Shown here: in pieces, positions 13,884 to 27,650 of the stretch
How positions within the stretch are numbered: position 1 is the first letter of the stretch
How the letters are laid out: every line of letters begins with the position of its first letter
NCBI GenBank assembly: GCA_038087875.1
Contig: JAXLNO010001653.1
Coordinates: 142-64,000 of the forward strand
Origin: Malacoraja senta
Lineage: Eukaryota
DNA length: 63,859 nucleotides
Direction of reading: 5' to 3'
The notes under the pieces: generated by a model
What the model saw: only the letters and a program-made list of their open reading frames with translations
The model's database searches: none
What the model was told of the DNA's origin: nothing
Translations under genes and position numbers: made by a program

Positions 13884-16348
13884 CTGTACCTGCCTTCTCT
13901 CCATACCCCCTGATCCCTTTAGCCACAAGGGCCACATCTAACTCCCTCTTAAATATAGCCAATGAACTGGCCTCAACTACCTTCTGTGGCAGAGAGTTCC
14001 AGAGATTCACCACTCTCTGTGTGAAAAACAAAAATTCTCATCTCGGTCCTAAAGGATTTCCCCTTAATCCTTAAACTGTGACCCCTTGTCCTGGACTTCC
14101 CCAACATTGGGAACAATCTTCCTGCATCTAGCCTGTCCAACCCCTTAAGAATTTTGTACGTTTCTATAAGATCCCCCCTCAATCTTCTAAATTCTAGCGA
14201 GTACAAACCGAGTCTATCCAGTCTTTCTTCATATGAAAGTCCTGACATCCCAGGAATCAGTCTGGTGAACCTTCTCTGTACTCCCTCTATGGCAAGAATG
14301 TATTTCCTCAGATTAGGAGACCAAAACTGTATGCAATACTCCAGGTGTGGTCTCACCAAGACCCGGTACAACTGCAGTAGAACCTCCCTGCTCCTATACT
14401 CAAATCCTTTTGCTATGAATGCTAACATACCATTCGCCTTCTTCACTGCCTCCTGCACCTGTATGCCTACTTTTAATGACTGGTGTACCATGACACCCAG
14501 GTCTCGTTGCATCTCCCCTTTTCCTAATCAGCCACCATTCTGATAATAGTCTACTTTCCTGTTTTTGCCGCCAAAGTGGACAACCTCACATTTATTCACA
14601 TTATACTGCATCTGCCATGCATTTTCCCACTCAACCAGCCTATCCAAGTCACCTTGCAGCCTCCGAGCATCCTCCTCACAGCTAACACTGCCCCCCAGCG
14701 ATGTGTCATCCGCAAACTTGGAGATGTTGCATTCAATTCCCTCGTCCAAATCATTAATATATATCGTAAATAGCTGGGGTCCCAGCACTGAGCCTTGCGG
14801 TACCCCACTAGTCACTGCCTGCCATTGTGAAAAGGACCCGTTTACTCCTACCCTTTGCTTCCTGTCTGCCAGCCAGTTCTCTATCCACATCAATACTGAA
14901 CCCCCAATACCGTGTGCTTTAAGTTTGTATACTAATCTCTTATGTGGGACCTTGTCGAAAGCCTTCTGAAAGTCCAGATATAACACATCCACTGGTTCTC
15001 CCTTATCCACTCTACTAGTTACATCCTCGAAAAATTCTATAAGATTCGTCAGACATGATTTACCTTTCATAAATCCATGCTGACTTTGTCCAATGATTTC
15101 ACCACTTTCCAAATGTGCTGCTATCCCATCTTTAATAACTGATTCTAGCAGTTTCCCCACTACCGACGTTAGACTAACTGGTCTGTAATTCCCCATTTTC
15201 TCTCTCCCTCCCTTTTTAAAAAGTGGGGTTACATTAGCTACCCTCCAATCCTCAGGAACTACTCCAGAATCTAAAGAGTTTTGAAAAATTATCACTAATA
15301 CATCCACTATTTCTGGGGCTACTTCCTTAAGTACTCTGGGATGCAGCCTATCTGGCCCTGGGGATTTATCGGCCTTTAATCCATTCAATTTACCTAACAC
15401 CACTTCCCGGCTAACCTGGATTTCACTCAGTTCCTCCATCTCATTTGACCCCCGGTCCCCTGCTATTTGCGGCAGATTATTTATGTCTTCCTTATTGAAG
15501 ACAGAACCAAAGTAGTTATTCAATTGGTCTGCCATGTCCTTGTTCCCCATGATCAATTCACCTGTTTCTGACTGCAAGGGACCTACATTTGTTTTAACTA
15601 ATCTTTTTCTCTTCACATATCTATAAAAGCTTTTGCAGTCAGTTTTTATGTTCCCTGCCAGTTTTCTTTCATAATCTATTTTCCCTTTCCTAATTAAGCC
15701 CTTTGTCCTCCTCTGCTGGACTCTGAATTTCTCCCAGTCCTCTGGTAGGCTGCTTTTTCTGGCTAATTTGTACGCTTCATCTTTTGTTTTGATACTATCC
15801 CTGATTTCCCTTGTTATCCACGGATGCACTACCTTCCCTGATTTTTTTTTTTGCCAAAGTGGGATGAACAATTGTTGTAGTTCATCCATGCAGTCTTTAA
15901 ATGCCTTCCATTGCATATCTACCGTCAACCCATTAATAATCAATTGCCAGTCTATCTTGGCCAATTCACTTCTCATACCCTCAAAGTTACCTTTCTTTAA
16001 GTTCAGGACCTTTGTTTCTGGATTAACAATGTCACTCTCCAACCTAATGAAGAACTCAACCATATTATGGTCACTCTTGCCCAAGGGGCCACGCACAACA
16101 AGACTGCTAATTAACCCTTCCTCATTACTCAATACCCAATCTAGAATAGCCTGCTCTCTCGTTGGTTCCTCTACATGTTGGTTTAGAAAACTATCCCGCA
16201 TACATTCCAAGAAATCCTCTTCGTCAGCACCCCTTCCAATTTGATTCACCCAATCTATATGTAGATTGAAGTCACCCATTATAACTGTTTTACCTTTGTT
16301 GCACGCATTTCTAATTTCCTGTTTGATGCCATCCCCATCTCCACTACT
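13884..16348 (-). mobile_element. CR1 LINE, 5'-truncated, with long ORF2 (partial APE + RT)
   Basis: ORF 16363-14528 (MGDFN, LDWVLS, PGPDRLHPRVLKE, LDFQKAFDKVPH, QGSVLGP, FADD) continues after a frameshift in 14512-13973. Terminal tail is missing. Confidence 0.95.
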
Positions 16349-16476
16349 TTGAAGGAAGTCCAAGGAAAACTCTTTGTTACAAGATGAACTTCGTGAACAA
16401 AAGGATCAAATTGATATCTTGCGCACCCTGGGACAGGAGAGAGATTTGAAGATTGAAAAATTGGAACGGAGAATGA

Positions 16477-17007
16477 ATGAAAACACTTCAGCAATACAAG
16501 TCTAAAAATATGGACTTAGAAAACAGAAGCCGTCATTTGAATTTACGAATTGTTGGTTTGCCGGAAGGCCAAGAAGGAAATAACGTTATAAAATATGCTT
16601 CTAAAATGATAAAGGAAACATTCAACATTGAGCACAATGAAAACCTTCCATTCATGGATAAGGCACACAGGATTGGGAAGAAATCCGGTAATAAACCGAG
16701 ACACTTGATCATTCGGTTTCATTTTTTGCAAATGAAGAAGAATATTCTCCAGGCTACAAAAAAGTTGGGTGTGGTTGAATATGAAGGATATAAGTTTCGG
16801 TTTGTCCCTGATTATAGTTACGAGCTTTTGGAAATAAGAAAGACTTTTTATAATGTAATGTCTGATTTGTATAAGAAAAAACTGCGCCCAGCTCTATTAT
16901 TTCCAGCTAGATTGCGTATTCGGCTTTTCAATGGTAACTTTCGATTTTTTAACAGTCCTCAAGACGCCTCCAGCTTTCTGAAGAGCTACGACGAGGAAGG
17001 GGAGTAA
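16477..17007 (+). CDS. L1 ORF1p (RNA-binding protein) C-terminal part
   Basis: DLENRSRHLNLRIVGLPEG, AHRIG...PRHLIIRF, LLFPARLRI are hallmark L1 ORF1p motifs. Confidence 0.85.
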   Translation: MKTLQQYKSKNMDLENRSRHLNLRIVGLPEGQEGNNVIKYASKMIKETFNIEHNENLPFMDKAHRIGKKSGNKPRHLIIRFHFLQMKKNILQATKKLGVVEYEGYKFRFVPDYSYELLEIRKTFYNVMSDLYKKKLRPALLFPARLRIRLFNGNFRFFNSPQDASSFLKSYDEEGE

Positions 17008-17586
17008 ATGATAGCTGATTAAGTTATAATTGGAGATTTACTGTTCCTATTTTGACAACATTTCGTATGGTAATGATTAAGAATTTAACTGGACGAGTTG
17101 TTTTTCTTTTATATATATTCTTTTAAGAATTTCTTTGTTAATTCGTGTTCCCCTGTCGTTAGACAAACTAAGAGAACGCAGTTCTTGTTTTTCATATCTT
17201 GACCTTGGATAATAATAAGCAGCATTCCATGCCAGTCTGTATTTTTTTCTTCTTCTCTCTCAAAGAGATAATAACGAATGTGTTATGATGTAGTGGTTAA
17301 ATATTATTCTTTTTATGCTGAGCGCTGTTACTGGGAGAGATGGGATTGGGGAGGGGATTAGGTAGCTTGCTGACTGTCTATTGGTCAGTTTGGGGTTCTA
17401 CAGGGGTAGGAGGGGGGAAGGGGGAGGGGTCTTTTGTTCCCTATTTAGTGATCTTCATTTGTGCAAATTCTGAACTACAAAATTGGCTGAAATGTCGTCA
17501 CTTAGATTTTTCTTCTTCCAGTATTATGAACTTTTAGGCTTTAAGAAATTAACCCATTACATCCCACATGATTTTTTACAAGCAAT

Positions 17587-20500
17587 ATGGATAAAGTTAC
17601 TCATTTCCTTTCATGGAATGTGAATGGCTTGAACCATCCCATTAAGAGGATTTAAAAAAAAAAAGTTCTTCACAGACTAAATGCTCAGATTATCTTTGTT
17701 CAGGAAACTCATGTAAGGCAAGATGACAAGTCACGATTTTTCAAGTTTTGGAGAGGACCGCAGTTTCATTCAAATTCACAGGCTAAGGTGAAAGGAGTCT
17801 CTATTTTTATTGACTCCTCAATTCCGTTTGTTCACCATGAAACAATTTCTGATCCATATGGCAGATTCTTGGTGATTACCGGTGTCCTTTATAGGCAAAA
17901 TGTCGCTATGGTGAATGTCTATGCACCAAATATTGATCACCCTGAGTTGTTTAAACAGTTAATTGCATCCTTTCCTAACTTAAATGAACACTTTTTAATA
18001 ATGGGTGGAAACTTCAATTGCTGTTTGAATCCCTCGATTGATAGGTCTACATCTGATCATACGCTTCCAAATAAATCAGCTAATTTTATTAATTCTTTTT
18101 TACTTGACTCGGGAATGTTAGAAATTTGGAGATTCTTACACTCAAATGACAAAGAATTTTCATTTTTCTCTCATGTATATCATAGTTATTCTAGGATCTA
18201 CTATTTTATACTAGATTCTCGGCTATTTCCATCGGTCATTGCATGTGAGTATGATGCAATTGCTATTTCTGATCATGCACCAGTGAAACTATTGATCAAA
18301 CTACCTGATTCCAAGTTTAGTGCTAAACAATGGCAATTTAATGCTACTTTGCTTCAAGACTTAAACTTTATTAAGTTTATGAAAGATCAGATTGCTTTTT
18401 ACTTCTTGACAAACTCTAATGAAGATATATCCAATGGTATAGTTTGGGATGCTTTTAAGCCATATATTCGTGGACAAATTATTTCATACTCCGCGGGATT
18501 AAAAAAACAAACACAAAAAGAAATACGCACATTGGCTGACGAGATTAAAGAAATTGATAAAAAATATTCAAAAGCTCCTAGTTTAGAGCTCTATAAGAAT
18601 AGAGTTGAACTTCAATTGAGATATGATTTGTTATTAGTATCACCGATTGAGAACCAGTTACTTAAAACCAAAAGTAAATTTTATATAAATGGCGAAAAAT
18701 CTGGTAAATTACTTGCTAATCAATTGACAGCAGTGTCGGCCAAGCGTCAGATTACTAAAGTGAGTAAACGGGCTGGTACAGTAACTGTAGACCATGATGA
18801 AATTAATAAATCCTTTCAGGAATTTTATACCTCCCTATACCAATCAGATTTTCCTACTGATTCCAATATAATGCATGAGTTTTTAAAGAAACTGAACTTA
18901 CCAAATTTACCATACAATGAGTCTCTGTTGTTAGATGAACCCATCGCGGAAGATGAAATACAGAAAGCAATTTTTTCAATGACTTCTGGTAAAGCTCCCG
19001 GTTTAGATGGGTTTACAGTAGAATTTTTAAAGTATTTCTCAAATTTATTGTCTCCATGGCTATGCAAGGTATTTAAAGAAGCCTTTTTAAGGAATAGATT
19101 ACCACAATCTTTTTATGAAGCTTCTATTTCTTTAATTTAAAAAAAGATAAAGACCCTACTGAAGTGACATCATATAAACCTATATCAATGTTAAATGTAG
19201 ATTTTAAAATTCTTTCCAAAATATTACCTATGAGATTGGAAAAGATTTTACCGCAAATTATCTCTGAAGATCAGACAGGTTTTTATTAAAAATCATTACT
19301 CATTCTTTAATGTTAGGAGATTAATAAATATTGTATATACAGCGTCTAATAAAACCCCAGAATGTGTCATCTCACTTGATGCCGAGAAGGCTATTGATAG
19401 AGTAGAATGGAATACGTATTCAATATACTTGAAAAAGTTAAGATTGGTCCAAAATTTATCTCTTGGATCAAACTGCTATATCTTGTACCTCAGGCTTCTG
19501 TATTTACTAATAATCAGAGATCCCCTTTTTTCAGGCTCTTTCAAGGTACTAGACAGGGCTGTCCCTTAAGTCCTTTACTATTTGATATTGCTTTGGAAAC
19601 TTTAGCGACTGCTATTAGGGAATTCCCTAATATTGTTGGTATTGTCCGCGGGAATAAGACACATAAGCTATCTCTTTATGCAGATGATCTGTTATTATTT
19701 ATTTCTAACCCTGAGAAATCTATTCCGGCAATAGTAGCATTACTTAATCAATTCAGTAGTTTTCTGGTTATAAACTAAATCTTAGTAAGGGTGAGCTTTC
19801 CCATTAAATAATTTTGTTTCGAGTTATGGACAGTTTCCATTTAGATTGACTACCAAAAGTTTTACTTATTTAGGTATTAAGATCACCAAGAAACACAAGG
19901 ATTTATTTAAAGCTAATTTTATTCCTTTAATTGACCATATTAAACATCAGTTCACTAAATGGTCACCAATTTCCTTATCCTTAATTGGCCGAATCAATGC
20001 TATTAAAATGTTCATTTTTCCTAAATTTCTGCATATATTTCAGACGATACCAATTTTTATTGCCAAATCTTTCTTTGATATTATAGACTCTAAAATTTCT
20101 TCATATATATGGCAGTATAAAAATGCCAGACTAGGTAAAAAATACCTACAGAAATCAAAAAAAGTTGGTGGTTTGGCATTGCCGAACCTTAGACTCTACT
20201 ATTGGGCAGTCAATGTCCGTTATTTAACATTTTGGACAAAAGATTTAGAAGATACCCAATGCCCTGGATGGATAAACCTAGAACGTGATTCCTTACAAGA
20301 GCTATAATTGGCTTCTATTCTAGGGACCTCGTTACCTTTTACAATTACGAGATTGAATAAATATATGACGAACCCAATAATAAGACATACGTTCCGAATA
20401 CGGTTTCAATTTCGTACGTTTTTTGGACTATCTGATTTTATCCAAATTTCTCTTCCAACCATCTAGTACTGATCAAGTTTTTTTGTTATGGAAGAGGAAG

Positions 20501-21284
20501 GGATTAGTAGCTTTTCGTGATTTGTTTTTGGAGGGTTGTTTTATGTCTTTCGAACAACTCTCCAATAAATATAACTTACCTAATTCACACTTTTTTCACA
20601 CTAATTTTACAAATTAGACAAAAGTTGAACCCTTATCAGAAAGGATTAATAATGACTATTCATGAGTTGATTTTAAAATTACAAATAGATACATTTGATA
20701 AAATTAAGAATGACTGGGAAAGAGAACTCCAAATTTCTTTATCTATAGAGAAATGGGAGAGGATCCTTCAATTAGTCAATACCTCTTCAATGTGTGCAAG
20801 ACACGCTTTGATACAATTCAAGGTGGTCCACAGAGCTCATATGTCAAAAGATAAGTTAGCTCGTTTTTATGGTCAGATAAATCCTACCTGTGACAGATGT
20901 AACTCTGAAGTGGCATCACTGACCCATATGTTTTGGTCCTGCCCTCTTTTGGAAAAATATTGGAAATAAATTGTTGATACTATTTCGGTAGTCTTAGGTG
21001 TAGATTTACAACCTCATCCTATTACTGCAATTTTTGGGCTACCAATGTTAGATTCTATTCATTTGTCCCACTCCGCCCATCGGTTGATTGCTTTTACCAC
21101 ATAAATTGCCAGAAGATTTATTTTCTTTAAATGGAAAGATTCCAACCCTCCGACCACACTCCAGTGGTATTCTGAAACGATATCATGTTTAAATTTAGAA
21201 AAAATCAGAAGTGACATTATTGAACCCTTGGTTAAATTTGATAAGACTTGGGGAATATTTAATGAACACTTTCATACAACATAA
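17587..21284 (+). pseudogene. L1 ORF2p (endonuclease, reverse transcriptase, Cys-rich domain), frameshifted
   Basis: ATG 17587 gives SWNVNGLNHPIKR; then FVQETH, SDHAPV, KAPGLDGF, GTRQGCPLSPLLF, LYADD, CDRC...HMFWSCP. Several frameshifts and stops. Confidence 0.9.
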
Positions 21285-21770
21285 ATTGTTCCCTCTTTAA
21301 CTGTTATAAAAATTATTTTACCTTCATAGGGTGGAACGGACTTGACGACAAACAGACTTAAATTGTTGAATTTCTCAGTTCAGATTCGGTTTTGCTCTGT
21401 TTTGTTTTATTTATTTATTTTATTTTTATTCTTATTTTATTATTATCAATTTTTTTTTTTTAAATTTAGTTTAGGGGGGTTTTGTTTTTTCTTTTTCTTT
21501 TTGTCTTTTTATCTTTGCTTTTTTTTACATTTATGTTTCCTTTTAAAGATTTAACTATATTTACATAGAGACCGAGAGGTCTATATTCATTGTGTATTTT
21601 GACACTGGTCTCATATTAGTTTATACCTGTTATTAATGTGTTTAATCCTGATCCCTATGTATCAATACCATTGTTATGTTTACCATTATTCTTTTTGCTC
21701 TGTTTTTTATGTTTTATTTTTGTTTTTGTTTTTTGGAACAAAAACAATAAAAAGATTTTAAAAGAAAGGT

Positions 21771-22245
21771 ACTGAATAAAAAAGTTGGGATGTTCTGCTA
21801 CAGTGGTACAAGATGTTGGTGAGGCCACATTTGGAGTATTGTGTTAAGTTTTGGTCACTCCACTATCGGAAGGATGTCATTAACAGGGCCTGTGATTCAA
21901 GGAGAGGATGAGAATGCTTGGACTTTAGTCCTTGGCACGCAAGCGGCTGAGGGGTGATCTTATAGAAGTTTATAAAATCAAGGAGCATAGATAGATTGAA
22001 TGCACAGAATCTTTTAACCAGCCTTATGTAATCAAGAACCAGAGGACTTAGGTATAAGGTGAGAAGGAAACGAGTTACTCGGAACCAGAGGAAGTGGAAA
22101 TATGGAAGAACATTCCAGGGGAAGGTGTTGAGGCAGGTATTAAAAATAATTTAGAACACATCTGGACAGGTACATACTGTAGATAGGAAAGGTTCAGTGA
22201 GATATGGGTCATTTGCAGGAAAATTGTAGTTTAAACATGGCATCT
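21771..22245 (+). mobile_element. Old CR1 3' fragment
   Basis: Nucleotide motifs gtgaggccacatttggagtattgtg and cggctgaggggtgatcttatagaagtttataaaatc match the CR1 C-terminal coding region. Confidence 0.7.
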
Positions 22246-23029
22246 TGGTTGGCCTGGCCAAGTTGAGGCAAAGGGCCCATTTCCATGCCGTATGACTCTA
22301 TGGCTCCATGGGCTTGAAAAGCCAATTCTTTTGCGTTTCACTGCTAAATGATAGTTAATCACCCTCACTATTAGTGACCACAATGGCAGACCCATGACAA
22401 TGACTGGTTTACAGTGATAATAAGCTAACCATTGCCTCAGTTCAAATATGCATGTCGTTGATGTTCAATGACTAAATTGTTGCTGCATTCTTAGTTTTGG
22501 CAAGGTTCTGATCTGGGTGCTGGAACTGTTAGACATCTTGATACCATGAAAGCAGAACCTCAATTTCAGGAAATATACTTGCTGAATGGTGTCTCAGACC
22601 AGCAATGCCTGGGAACATTGTATTTTGAAGAGGAAATATTACACAACCAAGGCCAAGTGCTCAAGAAAGCTGCACGTCTGTTATTTCAATGAAAACTCTG
22701 CTCTTCATCCATCTTGTCATTTTGATCACCCAGTTTAGTTTATAATATTGTATAACATTTGCAATCAATTCTCGCAGTTTATGACATTTACAGCTGGCGT
22801 GAAGATGCATCAGTCAATACCTTCTGTCTTCCAATTCAGTTTATTTAATAGAAAGATAGAAACATAAAAAATAGGTGCAGGAATAGGCTATTCGGCCCTT
22901 TGAGCCAGCACCGCCATTCAATACAATCATGGCTGATCATCCAAAATTAATACTCCGATCTGGCTTTTTCCCCATATCCCTTGACTCCCTTAGCCCTAAG
23001 AGCTAAATCTAACTCTCTCTTGAAAACAG

Positions 23030-23322
23030 TGATACAGTGTGTAAACAGGCCATTTGTGCCACCAAATCCATACTAACCAGCAATCACCCATTCATAATAG
23101 ATTTCCCATCCACCCCTACACTATCAGGGTGACTTACCGAGGATGATTACCTGCACACCTGCTCATCTTTGGGATATGGGAGGAAACCGGAGCTCCCTGA
23201 GGAAGCCCACATAGTCACAAGGAGAACGTGCAAACTCCACGTAGACAGTACCCGAGGTCCAGATTGAACCTGGGTCTCTGGCGTTGTGAGGCAGCAGTTC
23301 TACCAGCTGCACTACCATGCTG
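23030..23322 (-). mobile_element. tRNA-derived SINE (HE1/V-SINE-like)
   Basis: Reverse strand shows an A-box-like TGGTAGTGCAGCTGGTAG, a B-box-like GGTTCAATC and the family body. Confidence 0.7.
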
Positions 23323-24215
23323 CATTATGTACAAACTCTAAATCCTACACTGACTTTCCCTTCCACTTGTTATATTCAACACAATAACTCCTTTACACAG
23401 GAGGAAAGTGAACTGCAATTCATCACCAGAATATATCTTACAACAGTGTGATCACAGGCAAGAAACCAGTGATATAGATGACTGAATGTACACTAAAACC
23501 CTGATCATCCAGCTCTCTTGGGGTTTGGGAAATGGTAGATTTTAAGGACTGCTGCATGTTACTCCAAACATACTTTAATTCAACTAATTTAAGCACTTGT
23601 TGAGCAAGTCAGTGGTTGAGGTGCATCTGTACACTACTATCAGACTTAAGCGGAGGAATACCCATTGTAATTTGCCTGAAGAGTCTCGAACCAGATTGTC
23701 ACCTATCCATGGTCTCCAAGGATGTTGCCTGACCTGCTGAGTTACTATAGCACTGTCCCTCACAGTCTTTCCCAATCTTATAAATCAAAAATAGTCAGCA
23801 TCTTTCTACATCATAGTCATGGAAATATGCAGCATACAAACATGGCCTTTGTCCCACTGACCTGCACCAACCATTCATGTACACTAATCCTACATTTGTC
23901 CCACATTCTCATCAGCTCTCCCCACATTGTATCATGCACAATCTAGGGGACAACTAACCTACCAAACAATGTTTTGGGGATGTGGGAGGAAACCAGAGCA
24001 CCTGGGGAAACCCACATGGTCACAGGAACAACATGCAAACTCTACAGATACAACAGCCGATGTCGGTATTTAATTCAGGTCTCTGGCTCTACTGTGCTGC
24101 TCTGTTTCACATTGTAGTCCACCTGTCATGTTGTTGCTCATTCATTCGGCTTTCCACCTTGAACCATTTCTCCCACTACTCACATTCCCACTTAGTTTTG
24201 AGTTTTCCAGCAACA

Positions 24216-24535
24216 GCGGCCTTGGTGGCAGCTACTGTGTGCAGCAGTAGAGTTGCTGCCTTACAGCGCTTGCAGCACCGGAGACCCGGGTTCGATCCCG
24301 ACTACTGATGCTGTCTGTACAGAGTTTGTACGTTCTCCCCATGACCGCGTGTGTTTTCTCCGAGATCTAAGGTTTCCTCCCACACTCCAAAGACGTACAG
24401 GTATGTAGGTTAATTGGCATGGTGTGTGTGTGTGTGTAGGATAGTGTTAATGTGCGGGGATCACTGGTCAGCGCAGACTCGATGGGCCGAAGGGCCTGTT
24501 TCGTCACTGTATCTCTAAATTAAACTAAACAAAAC
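24216..24535 (+). mobile_element. tRNA-derived SINE (HE1/V-SINE-like)
   Basis: GTAGAGTTGCTGCCTTACAGC...GACCCGGGTTCGATCCCGACT head, conserved body, CTAAA tail. Confidence 0.8.
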
Positions 24536-24611
24536 TAGTAAATGTTAAACTGCAACCAATCTGCCTCGTAACTGACTTGGATCATGAACAGTGCGAGCCC
24601 CCAACAGAGCA

Positions 24612-24925
24612 GCACAGTGTCACAACTGGTAGAGCTGCTGCCTCACTGCGACACAGACCCGGGTTCAATTTTGACCTTGAGTGCCATCTATGTGGAGTTT
24701 GCACGTTCTCCGTGTAACCGCATTGGATCCCTCCAGGGGCTCCGGTTTCCTCACACATCCTAAGATGTGTCAGTTTATAGTTTAATTGGCCACTGTAAAT
24801 TGCCCCTAGTGGGTGGGTGACTGGATGAGAAGGTGCAATGAGATAGAATTCATGTGAACAGGTGGTTGGTGGTTGGCATGGACACGGTGGGCCGAAAGGA
24901 CTGCTTCCATGCTGTACTTTTTAAT
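24612..24925 (+). mobile_element. tRNA-derived SINE (HE1/V-SINE-like)
   Basis: Same head and body. Further approximate copies: 6521-6785, 12845-13092, 13160-13358, 23925-24110, 29520-29800, 30770-31060, 43414-43612, 48900-49045, 50705-50925, 51590-51735. Confidence 0.75.
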
Positions 24926-25173
24926 GACTCAATGATATCTCTAGGATTTGGTGCAGTGAATCCATAATGTTTAACTTTTTTTTTTACACTGAATTCACAA
25001 TTTTCAAATATCTGATCATCAGAAACATTTAACAACAGCACAAAGGCTAGTTGACAGTGGTGACTGTCGAAGCATTTGAAGTGTAGCTGCTGCCTTATCC
25101 TACTTGAGATCGATCATTTCTTCAAGCCCAATACCTTTACTAGCAACAGTTCATCACAATTTTTCCATCTTAC

Positions 25174-25281
25174 CTCTCCTCTTTTTTCTCCACCAAACAA
25201 TTACTGCCAAGACAATAGCCAGCAATATCAGCACACACACGGCAATAAGGCCTATGTGCCTGTCTTTCTTCCCATTTCCTT
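25174..25281 (-). CDS. MHC class I connecting peptide/transmembrane exon
   Basis: Acceptor ttctttatttttcag-like tract (cttatttttcag|AA), donor AGAG|gtaaga; 108 nt, phase 1/1, in frame with alpha3. (E)GNGKKDRHIGLIAVCVLILLAIVLAVIVWWRKKRR is a 21-residue hydrophobic helix followed by a basic stop-transfer cluster. Not present in the ORF track. Confidence 0.88.
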
Positions 25282-26979
25282 CTGAAAAATAAGAATGCAT
25301 AATTTTACATATCATTTGTTAAGCTGTGCAGCTAAATAGATTGGCACTGTCTGAAGACTTCAGGGTGAAGAAGGGTCTCGACCCGAAATGCCTCCTATTT
25401 CTTTTCTCAAGAGATGCTACCTGACCACTGAGTTACTCCAGCATTTTGTGTCTATCTTTGGCACTTTTCAACATATATAAATATGTTGTTTTGAATCATG
25501 GAGTTCTGCAACATGGCAAAGGGACAATATATGTTCTGTACAACTCTATGATCTATGGCACCATCACAGCCACAACTTAATTCAAGAAAGAAGGTGAATT
25601 GAAAGCAGAAAGCTTTAACCCTATATAAACTATCATCTGTTTTGGGGAAAATGTTGGATTCCTTTCAGTAATGGCAGAACATTTAAGTAATAACAAAACA
25701 ATAAAGTGCATTAACAGGAAAATTGTAGAAAGAAAGAGATGCAGATACTGATTTATACAAAAGCTTTAGTTTAGTTTATTGTCACGAGTACTGAGGTGCA
25801 GTGAAAAGCTTTTGTTTCATGCTAACCAGTCAGTGGAAATAATATACATGATAGACACAAAATGCTGGAGTAACTGAGCGGAATAGGCAACATCTCTGGC
25901 GAACATGGACTCAGTCAGAAGGATCGTGACCCGAAACATCACCTATTCCTTTTCTCCAGAAATGCTGCCTGACCAGCTGAGTTATTCCAGCAATTTGTGT
26001 CCATCTTCGGTGTATACCAGCATTTGCAATTTCTCCCTACACATGGACAGGTGACATTTCGTTTACGGACCCTTCTTCAAACTTTGTTTGAGAAATTGAT
26101 TAGAATTCTTTGAAAATGAAACAGGAACCCGTAGACAATGTATATTTGAGCAGCAGTAGTTTGCAGGTGTGCACAGCCTAAAATTTAAAAACAAAATGAT
26201 GGAAAAGCAGAATAGGTAACAAAATTGGAATGAGAAACAAAAGAAATACAATATATTGTAGAGATCCAAGCGTCGTGAACAAATCAATGTTTTTTTAAGA
26301 AATACAGTTTTGGCCCACTCGCGTTTAGTAAGGACTTGAGCAAAGTTCCCACCGTTGTAATCGGGCGCACCAGTTGACTGGCGATTAACTCATCACCAAC
26401 TCCCACCAAAACCCTGTCATGTGATAGTCCCTGCTCCCCTGACGAGGGTTCTAGCAATAAGTGGCCTGACCACCAGATGTCGCCAGAATATCTGGATTTT
26501 CATAAGTTATCTGATCAAGTGATGCAAAGGCAAATGGCTTATGACATTGGGGGTAATAATTAGCATGAATGGAAAAACAATTAAGAGCAAGCAGAGTCTT
26601 AAAGGAGTGTTTAAGTTGGGAAACTGCAACTGCAGGATGGGAATCAATGCAAGAAAGTGAACTACTTATCGTTAGTATTAAGAGCAGATGAAGGGACTGA
26701 TGGCGCTGTAGCCTAGATTGCTGATGATACATAGATAGGTTGAAAATTAAGTTCTGGAGTATGTCAACAGTCTTCAGAGTGAAACATCAGATTCCTTATT
26801 TGTGCATTGTTCGAGGGAATCTTCAAAAGTGAACATTTGTGTGGGTTAGTGCAGCATACCTGGAATCAAACTACTACGATCGCTGTTTGTCAGGCAGTTA
26901 TATTTTTTTGTTGCTGAAGCTGTAACTTGCGTCACAGAACTTACTTCATTAGGTTTAGTTTTATTAATGCCAGATGTTT

Positions 26980-27650
26980 CAAGATAGTGCAAAGGTTTGT
27001 TTTGTATGCTATCCAAACAAATTAGATAATACTATAGATAAATAAAAAACTAAAAAACAATAGATAGAGCAAAGAGGAGGATACAGAGTACAGAATATAG
27101 TTCTCAGCATTGTAACGCATCAGTTCCATAGACAATGTTCAATGTGCAATGAGGTTGAGGTGAATCGGGCATTAAACCTACATTATGGAAGGACCCTTCT
27201 GAAGCCTGATAAGAGATGGAAAGGGGGTGTTCCTGAGTCTGGCAGTGCATATTTTCAATTTTCTGTACCTATTGCCTGATGGGAGCAGGAAGGAGGAATG
27301 ACCGGGGTGGGATACGTCTCGGTTTCCAAGGCAACCATCAATAGTGGGAAGTCTGGCCTGTGTGATGATCTTTAACTCTTTGTATATTCTTGCAGTCTTG
27401 GGCAGTGCAGTTCCCAAATCAAGATGTGATGCAACCCAACAACATGCTGTCTCTAGCAGCATCTATAGATGTTTGCTGGAGTCACCAGAGACATGATGAA
27501 TATTCTCAGTCTCCTGAGGAAGTAGAGGTGTCGGTGTGCCCCCTTGGCTATGTGGCCAGTCCATGACCGAATATTGGATATATTCATGCCAAGGAACACA
27601 AAGCTCTCAATCATTTCCACTTTGGACCACTGATTCGCATTGGGGCATGT
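26980..27650 (-). mobile_element. Degenerate L2/Rex1-type LINE 3' fragment
   Basis: Reverse translation TARIYKELKIITQARLPTID...HPGHSSFLLPSGNRYRKLKICTARLRN resembles the copy at 59590-60300. Confidence 0.6.

Larger units (their letters stand above)
16349..21770 (+). mobile_element. L1-clade LINE, 5'-truncated, ORF1 + disrupted ORF2
   Basis: L1-type ORF1, a ~580-bp inter-ORF region, ORF2 EN-RT-CCHC, a T-rich 3'UTR and an AATAAA/A-rich end at ~21745-21770. Confidence 0.92.

Noticed and set aside
14154-16244. Plus-strand ORFs such as 14154-14543, 14565-14969 and 15768-16244 (also 45692-46084)
   Set aside because: Antisense shadows of CR1 ORF2.
24216-24310. tRNA genes
   Set aside because: These A/B-box sequences are SINE heads fused to a shared body and tail; no cloverleaf.
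26425-26470. Isolated CTGACGA hammerhead-like box
   Set aside because: No downstream stem II/GAAA at the proper distance.
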